Assembly (NCBI GenBank): GCA_050916045.1
Contig: CP051526.1
Location: 3,904,001-3,968,000, forward strand
Direction of reading: 5' to 3'
Source of the DNA: Tepidisphaera sp.
GTDB taxonomy: Bacteria > Planctomycetota > Phycisphaerae > Phycisphaerales > UBA1924
DNA length: 64,000 bases
Below, in pieces: positions 59,058 through 64,000 of this stretch (the stretch's first letter is position 1; each line of letters begins with the position of its first letter). Both the position numbers and the translations under genes were made by a program. The notes under the pieces are model-generated. The model made no database searches and was not told where the DNA came from. It saw only the letters and a program-made list of their open reading frames with translations.

Positions 59058-60845
59058 TTAGAAGTTCCCGAGGTTCGGGATACCCGAAGCACCCTTGCCG
59101 TCCTTGAGCGCCTGGCGGACCTGCGCCAGACGCACCAGCACGGGCCGGGGCGCTCCATTCGCCGAGCAAAGCCCGCCTGCGGGCATCTCATCCATCGCGC
59201 CGCCCTCGAGGCCGTCCGCGAGCTGCTGCCAGCAGACGGACTGCACGAATGGCTTGGACGCGATGATCGCCATCGCCTGGCTGGTCCAGTCCGCTTGCAC
59301 TTCCGGCGACCACTCGTACCGCCACGACCCGCCGTCGAACGCATCGAGGCCCTCGGCGCCGTCGGCGCCCTCGGTCCGGGCGATCGCGGGGATCGCCGAC
59401 GCAGGCACGCCGAGCGCCGTCACCGCGACCGGACGGTTGAACGCCGCGTACCGATCGAGCATCGCCGACAAGCTCATCAGGTCGCGCGTCGAGCGGCCCG
59501 AGCCCGGCTGTCCCATCGCGACGCGCACGCCGAGCGTGTCGAAGTTCAGCCCGACCTGCATCAGCGCATCAGCATACAGAAGCGGCGGCAGAGAACGCTT
59601 CCGAGTCGTGTGATACTCGCCCCAGGGCTCATCGATCGCGATCTGGATACGGGCCTGCGGCTGAAGCTTGCGCACGACCGCCACGCCGACGCGGGTGAGG
59701 TCGATGATCTGGTCGATCGAGAGCTTGAGATCGCCGTTGACGTGCAAGCCTGCGGCGACGGTCCATCGACCGACGGTGCGGCGGTACCGCGTCACGACGG
59801 CCTGGATGTGCTCGACGACCAAGTCGCGGAGCGTCTCGTAGTCGTTCTCCCAGATGTAGAGCCATTCGGGGATGCAGCGAGCGCGGAAATCAAGAAGTGG
59901 GCCGCCGACGATGGGCATCTTCGCCGTGCGCACGGCCCATTCGATCCAGCGGTCCGTGCCGGCGTAGGAGTATTTCCCTTCGCTTGGCTCCATCTCGTTC
60001 CACCGCATCGGGATGGAGATGAAGTCGGCGCAGGCGTGGGCGGCTTTGCACAGGCCCTCGGAGAACTGGGCGGAATCAACCGTGACGCCGACGCTGGGGA
60101 TGCCGGGCAGCGAGACGCCGTTCCAGCCGGCGATGGCGATCGCGGCGCCCGGGCTTGGCGTCTCGCCGGTCATCTTGGTGTAGGTCTTGACGGCGGCGGT
60201 GTAGTGCGAGCCATTCAGCCGCTCGGGGAGCTGCCGCTCGGCGTCAACGATCGCGAGACGCTCGCCCGCATCAATCACGAGCGCCAGTGCCTGCATCGCC
60301 ACCTGCGAAGCCCAGGCCCGCGGGTCGGGGTGGTCCGCGCCCGGGTGGGCTTTGCGAGAAGCGACCAGAGCCGCCGTGAACGCCTGACGGGCGAGCTCAA
60401 AGTGCCTCAGAACGCCCTCGGCCGACTGGTGATCGAACAACCCCCACTCTTCCAGCTTGTTGAGGAAGAGCATGATCTGGCGGCGGGCCAGTTCGAGCGT
60501 GAGGATGTACGGCTCTTCGCGGCGAGGGAGGAGCGAGGTCTGAACCGTGAGGAGGCCGAGCTCACCCAGATTCGCGCCCGGCTTGCGGAACGTCGGCGGG
60601 AGCCCGCCGGCTTTGGCGACATCGACCCCGGCCAGTGCGAGCACCGAAGCGTCGGGCGCGGGGATGTTGAGCTGGACGCAAAGCCCGGTCGAGTCCGTGC
60701 CCGGCCGGTCGAGCGTCAGGATGCCCTCCGCCGCCGTGATCGTCGCTTGCACCGGAAGCTCGTCGGGCCCGAACGCGTGCGCATGCCGGAGCATGAACCC
60801 CTGTGCGGGTTTGCCTTGGGAGTCATAGACGGCGAAACGAAGCAT
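59058..60845 (-). CDS. GH10-like TIM-barrel protein, apparently lacking catalytic glutamates
   Basis: MRWNEMEPSEGKY, IPEWL, VVTRY, FDTLGV, FVQSVCW, GLCSANGAPRP. Confidence 0.72.
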   Translation of the reverse strand: MLRFAVYDSQGKPAQGFMLRHAHAFGPDELPVQATITAAEGILTLDRPGTDSTGLCVQLNIPAPDASVLALAGVDVAKAGGLPPTFRKPGANLGELGLLTVQTSLLPRREEPYILTLELARRQIMLFLNKLEEWGLFDHQSAEGVLRHFELARQAFTAALVASRKAHPGADHPDPRAWASQVAMQALALVIDAGERLAIVDAERQLPERLNGSHYTAAVKTYTKMTGETPSPGAAIAIAGWNGVSLPGIPSVGVTVDSAQFSEGLCKAAHACADFISIPMRWNEMEPSEGKYSYAGTDRWIEWAVRTAKMPIVGGPLLDFRARCIPEWLYIWENDYETLRDLVVEHIQAVVTRYRRTVGRWTVAAGLHVNGDLKLSIDQIIDLTRVGVAVVRKLQPQARIQIAIDEPWGEYHTTRKRSLPPLLYADALMQVGLNFDTLGVRVAMGQPGSGRSTRDLMSLSAMLDRYAAFNRPVAVTALGVPASAIPAIARTEGADGAEGLDAFDGGSWRYEWSPEVQADWTSQAMAIIASKPFVQSVCWQQLADGLEGGAMDEMPAGGLCSANGAPRPVLVRLAQVRQALKDGKGASGIPNLGNF

Positions 60846-61049
60846 CGTGGACGGAGTCTCCCGGGCCGACGGGCCGGAGGGTGAAGAAGCAGAATCGCGC
60901 CCGGCAGGGACTGACGACGCCGGTCGGTATTGTCCCCTCCCCAACCCCCGGGGCCAACCCCCCCGGCGGAATCCCTCCCAAGCCCCGACTCTGGCGGATC
61001 GGACCCTCCGGACGGGCCTTGGGCCGAGCCCGCGCGGGTATGCTTGCCG

Positions 61050-61997
61050 ATGACCCAGATTTCCCCCGCCGCCCGACCGGTGATGTCCACGAATCTCTCG
61101 CTCCCGCTGGTCCGCCGAGGCAAAGTGCGCGATGTGTACTCCCTGGGAACGGACAAGCTGCTGATCGTGGCTTCCGACCGGATTTCCGCGTTCGACGTGG
61201 TGATGCCCACCCCGATCGCCGGCAAGGGGGCCCTGCTGAACGCCATGGCGGTCTTCTGGCTCAGATTCGTGGAGAAGCTCGGGATCTGCACGACGCACCT
61301 CCTCTCGACGAGCGCGGCGGACGTCCCGGCGAGCGCCTTCATCCCCGGGGGGACCACCCGCGCGGACCTCGAGGGCCGCGTCATGATCGGGAAAGCCTGC
61401 CGCGTCATCCCCATCGAGTGCGTCGTCCGCGGCTACCTCGAGGGCTCGGGGTGGAAGGAATACCAGGCGACCAGCTCGGTCTGCGGCGTCCCCCTCCCCA
61501 AGGGCCTTCGGCAGTGCGACAAGCTCCCCGCCCCGATCTTCACCCCCGCGACCAAGGAGGAGCAGGGCAAGCACGACGAGAACATCAGCTTCGAGCGGGC
61601 GGCCCAGCTCGTGGGCGAGCCTCTCATGGCCCGCCTGCGGGCGATGAGCCTCGCGATCTACCAGGCCGCTTCGGACCACGCCCGGGCCCGGGGGATCATC
61701 ATCGCGGACACCAAGTTCGAGTTCGGGATTCCGCTTGACGGCCCCGACCCGATCCTGATCGACGAAGCCCTGACGCCCGACAGCTCCCGCTTCTGGCCCG
61801 CCGACACCTACGCCCCGGGCCGGGCCCAGAAGAGCTACGACAAGCAGTTCCTGCGCGAGTACCTCGAGACGCTGGTCGTGTCGGGCGCGTGGAACAAGCA
61901 GGCCCCGGGGCCGGAGCTTCCGCCGGAGATCGTCCGCGGCACCTTCACCAAATATGAACACGCCCTCACGCTTCTGACAAGCCCCAACCCGACCTGA
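61050..61997 (+). CDS. purC: SAICAR synthase
   Basis: RGKVRDVY, ASDRISAFD, ECVVRGYL, FTPATK, ADTKFEFG, TPDSSRFW, DKQFLR. Confidence 0.97.
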   Translation: MTQISPAARPVMSTNLSLPLVRRGKVRDVYSLGTDKLLIVASDRISAFDVVMPTPIAGKGALLNAMAVFWLRFVEKLGICTTHLLSTSAADVPASAFIPGGTTRADLEGRVMIGKACRVIPIECVVRGYLEGSGWKEYQATSSVCGVPLPKGLRQCDKLPAPIFTPATKEEQGKHDENISFERAAQLVGEPLMARLRAMSLAIYQAASDHARARGIIIADTKFEFGIPLDGPDPILIDEALTPDSSRFWPADTYAPGRAQKSYDKQFLREYLETLVVSGAWNKQAPGPELPPEIVRGTFTKYEHALTLLTSPNPT

Positions 61998-62027
61998 TTC
62001 CTATCGTTGTCAGGAGGGTCCTCCTTG

Positions 62028-62843
62028 ATGACGCATTTCTTTCCTGATCAGGCTGGCGGCGGAAGCGGGAACGGGCCCGATGGTGTGGTGCGCGCTGGCG
62101 GCGGTGTGGGGGGTGGGGGTGGGGGCGGGCACATGCTCGAGCTCGACCGCCGCATCATCCAGCTCAAGCGCCGCCTGATCCGCGAAGCCACGCACGCGAT
62201 CGCGATGCTCGAATCCTCGATCGACGCCCTCTGGACGCTCGACATCGCCGCGGCCAAGAGCGTCCGCGCCGAAGACGACGAGGTCGATCGGGAAGAGGTC
62301 GAGATCGAGCAGGAAGCCTTTGAGATTCTTGCCCTTCGTCACGTCTTCGCCCGCGACTTCCGCCTGGTCGCCTTCATCCTGAAGGTCAACGCCGACGTCG
62401 AGCGGGTCGCGGACCACGCGACCGGCATCGCGAAGATCACGCTCCGCATCGCCAAGGGGATGCCCCCGGGGATGACGCCGGAGTGGCCGACGGCCTTGCG
62501 CGAACTTGGCCAGCGCGTGCCGCTCATGTGCCACGAACTGCTCCGCGCGGTGCTCAACGAGGATGTCGAAGCCGGCCGCCGCGTCGCGGATTCCGACGAG
62601 GTGATCGACCAGCTCGACCGCCGCGTCTTCGAGGAGTCCATCGAGCTGATGAAGGATGAGGGCCGCACCGACAGCGCCCTGACACTGGGCTTGCACGTCG
62701 CCCGCGTCGGCCGCGAGCTCGAACGCGTCGGCGACCTCATGAAGAACATCGCGGAGGACCTGATCTACCTGGGCACGGGCCAGATCGTCCGCCACGCGCC
62801 GAAGACCCCCACCCCCACCCCCACCCCCACTCCGCCGGCTTAG
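62028..62843 (+). CDS. phoU: Phosphate signalling complex protein PhoU
   Basis: DDEVDREE, ARDFR, ERVADHA, DEVIDQ, ERVGDLMKNIAE; GGAGG upstream. Confidence 0.92.
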   Translation: MTHFFPDQAGGGSGNGPDGVVRAGGGVGGGGGGGHMLELDRRIIQLKRRLIREATHAIAMLESSIDALWTLDIAAAKSVRAEDDEVDREEVEIEQEAFEILALRHVFARDFRLVAFILKVNADVERVADHATGIAKITLRIAKGMPPGMTPEWPTALRELGQRVPLMCHELLRAVLNEDVEAGRRVADSDEVIDQLDRRVFEESIELMKDEGRTDSALTLGLHVARVGRELERVGDLMKNIAEDLIYLGTGQIVRHAPKTPTPTPTPTPPA

Positions 62844-62924
62844 AAGTCACGGAGTCACACAGTCACAGAGCGAAAGCAGAAAGGCACCGAACTTCGGTGC
62901 CTTTCTTCGTGACTTCGTGACTTC
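62843..62924. repeat. Palindromic element: 8-bp tandem units around a 14-bp perfect inverted repeat (likely bidirectional terminator)
   Basis: aagtcacg-gagtcaca-cagtcaca ... agaaaggcaccgaa-c-ttcggtgcctttct ... cgtgactt-cgtgactt. Confidence 0.75.
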
Positions 62925-62929
62925 CTTTC

Positions 62930-63607
62930 TCACGCCGCGATCCGCACCGGGCTTTCTCTTCCATCCGCCACCGTGATCGTCGGCGCGGGCGCGCTGCGCC
63001 GGTTGCCGCGCACGGCGCGAACCGTCACGCTCACACCTTCCACGCGCTTGAGCGGAATCTCGAGGAACGGCTCGGCGGTCGCGCCGAGCAACACGCTCCG
63101 GCCGGTGGTTGTGATCGCGAAAACCTCGAAGTAGACACCCGTCGTGGGCCCGTGGCCGCCGCCTTCCTCGCGCGTGCCTTGGGGCTCCCAGCGCAGCCGC
63201 ACCGATCCGCCGGGGACCAGTTCGGTCGAGCGGCTTGCCCACTCGGGCGCGGGGGGCGCGGGAAGCCTCATCCTCCGCGGCGCGGGCGGGTTGAGCCGGG
63301 CCGCGCCGTAGACATCGCGGTTGCCGGTCCATTCCGCGTGCAGCTTGATCACCCCGACCAGGCTCGCGCCCTTGAAGCGGAGCTTGGCGATCGCGCTATT
63401 GCTCGCGAGCGTCGCGGCTTCGGCGGCCTGCCGCGCAAGCTGAGCGTGGTCCCATGCGGCCCGGGCTTCTTCGAGATGCTCGGCGAGGTCCAGAGCCTGC
63501 TCGGGAGAGATCCCGATCGTCCCCGCCTCCGCCGCCTGCGACCACACCTCGATGCGGCTCTCAAAGAACGTCAGAAGATCCAACCTGCCATCCGGAAGCG
63601 TCTGCAT
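62930..63607 (-). CDS. Hypothetical protein: helical N-terminus plus FN3-like C-terminal beta domain
   Basis: GGGGG SD-like run, coding-like bias, GSVRLRW...VYFEVF...VTVRAVRG...SAP pattern. Confidence 0.7.
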   Translation of the reverse strand: MQTLPDGRLDLLTFFESRIEVWSQAAEAGTIGISPEQALDLAEHLEEARAAWDHAQLARQAAEAATLASNSAIAKLRFKGASLVGVIKLHAEWTGNRDVYGAARLNPPAPRRMRLPAPPAPEWASRSTELVPGGSVRLRWEPQGTREEGGGHGPTTGVYFEVFAITTTGRSVLLGATAEPFLEIPLKRVEGVSVTVRAVRGNRRSAPAPTITVADGRESPVRIAA

Positions 63608-63696
63608 CCCCCCTGCATCGCCCCCACCCCCACACCCCCTTCAGCCAAGCCCGCGTTTTTTGTGAAATAACGTGGGGGCGGACGCTGACGGCGGCC

Positions 63697-63822
63697 CGTC
63701 GACCACCGACGACCACCCGTCAACCACCGACGACCGGTCGTCAGCCCCCGACGACCGCTCATCGGCCATCGCCGAAGCGCCGTCGGCCACCGACGACCGC
63801 CCGCCAGCGCCCGACGAGCGGC
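63697..63822. repeat. Degenerate 21-bp tandem repeat, about 6 copies
   Basis: cgtcgaccaccgacgaccacc, cgtcaaccaccgacgaccggt, cgtcagcccccgacgaccgct, catcggccatcgccgaagcgc, cgtcggccaccgacgaccgcc, cgccagcgcccgacgagcggc. Confidence 0.85.
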
Positions 63823-63861
63823 CGTCACGCGCTGGCGGGGGGAACGAAAGGCAGGAATGCG

Positions 63862-63948
63862 CACCACAGAGGCGCAGAGACACCGAGAAGGGCCTATGGA
63901 AGAGGCCAAACCGTTCCGTCTTCCTCTGTGCCTCTGCGCCTCGGTGGT
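63862..63948. repeat. REP-like inverted repeat with 9-bp internal periodicity
   Basis: accacagaggcgcagagacaccgag ... ctctgtgcctctgcgcctcggtggt (25-bp arms, 3 mismatches). Confidence 0.8.
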
Positions 63949-64000
63949 AGATTCCGTCTTGCCTGAGGGCCGGGATCAGATAGGCTCTGCCCATGGCACG

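Noticed and set aside
60846..61961. Apparent N-terminal 372 aa of the 967-aa ORF
   Set aside because: Overlaps purC on the opposite strand; the plausible protein starts at MLRFAVY (60845)
63697..63822. Possible CRISPR array
   Set aside because: Units are contiguous and degenerate, with no unique spacers and no cas genes

Overview
GC-rich bacterial chromosomal window, inferred to be from a planctomycete of class Phycisphaerae. The inference rests on the planctomycete-type EF-Tu switch I, dockerin-like tails ending in GC, the long-N-terminus sigma-70 family protein and a murE-murF-mraY cluster. Most genes are core or housekeeping: lptB, mqnA, tRNA-Thr-tuf-rpmG-tRNA-Trp-secE-nusG, queA, murE-murF-mraY, nuoD, tsaB, HU/IHF, ppdK, a pabB/trpE-like gene, tRNA-Leu, a MacAB-TolC exporter, dxr, rne, ptsI, rho, comEA, purC and phoU. 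No CRISPR array, rRNA, transposase, integrase or phage gene was seen. The most notable observations are: (1) a secreted Cys-rich ORF with an RGPP motif ahead of an HMA lipoprotein and an outer-membrane barrel, a candidate metal-sensing ribosome-arrest leader system; (2) a Rho homologue whose RNA-binding OB domain appears replaced by a poly-Arg/Gly plus Q/N low-complexity tail like motifs in the nearby RNase E; (3) a degenerate pseudo-sigma-70 protein; (4) a GH10-like protein lacking both catalytic Glu; (5) about ten genes with leaderless-type TANNNT-N5-7-start architecture; (6) a repeat-flanked cassette at the right end. All calls come from reading motifs by eye; no searches were run.
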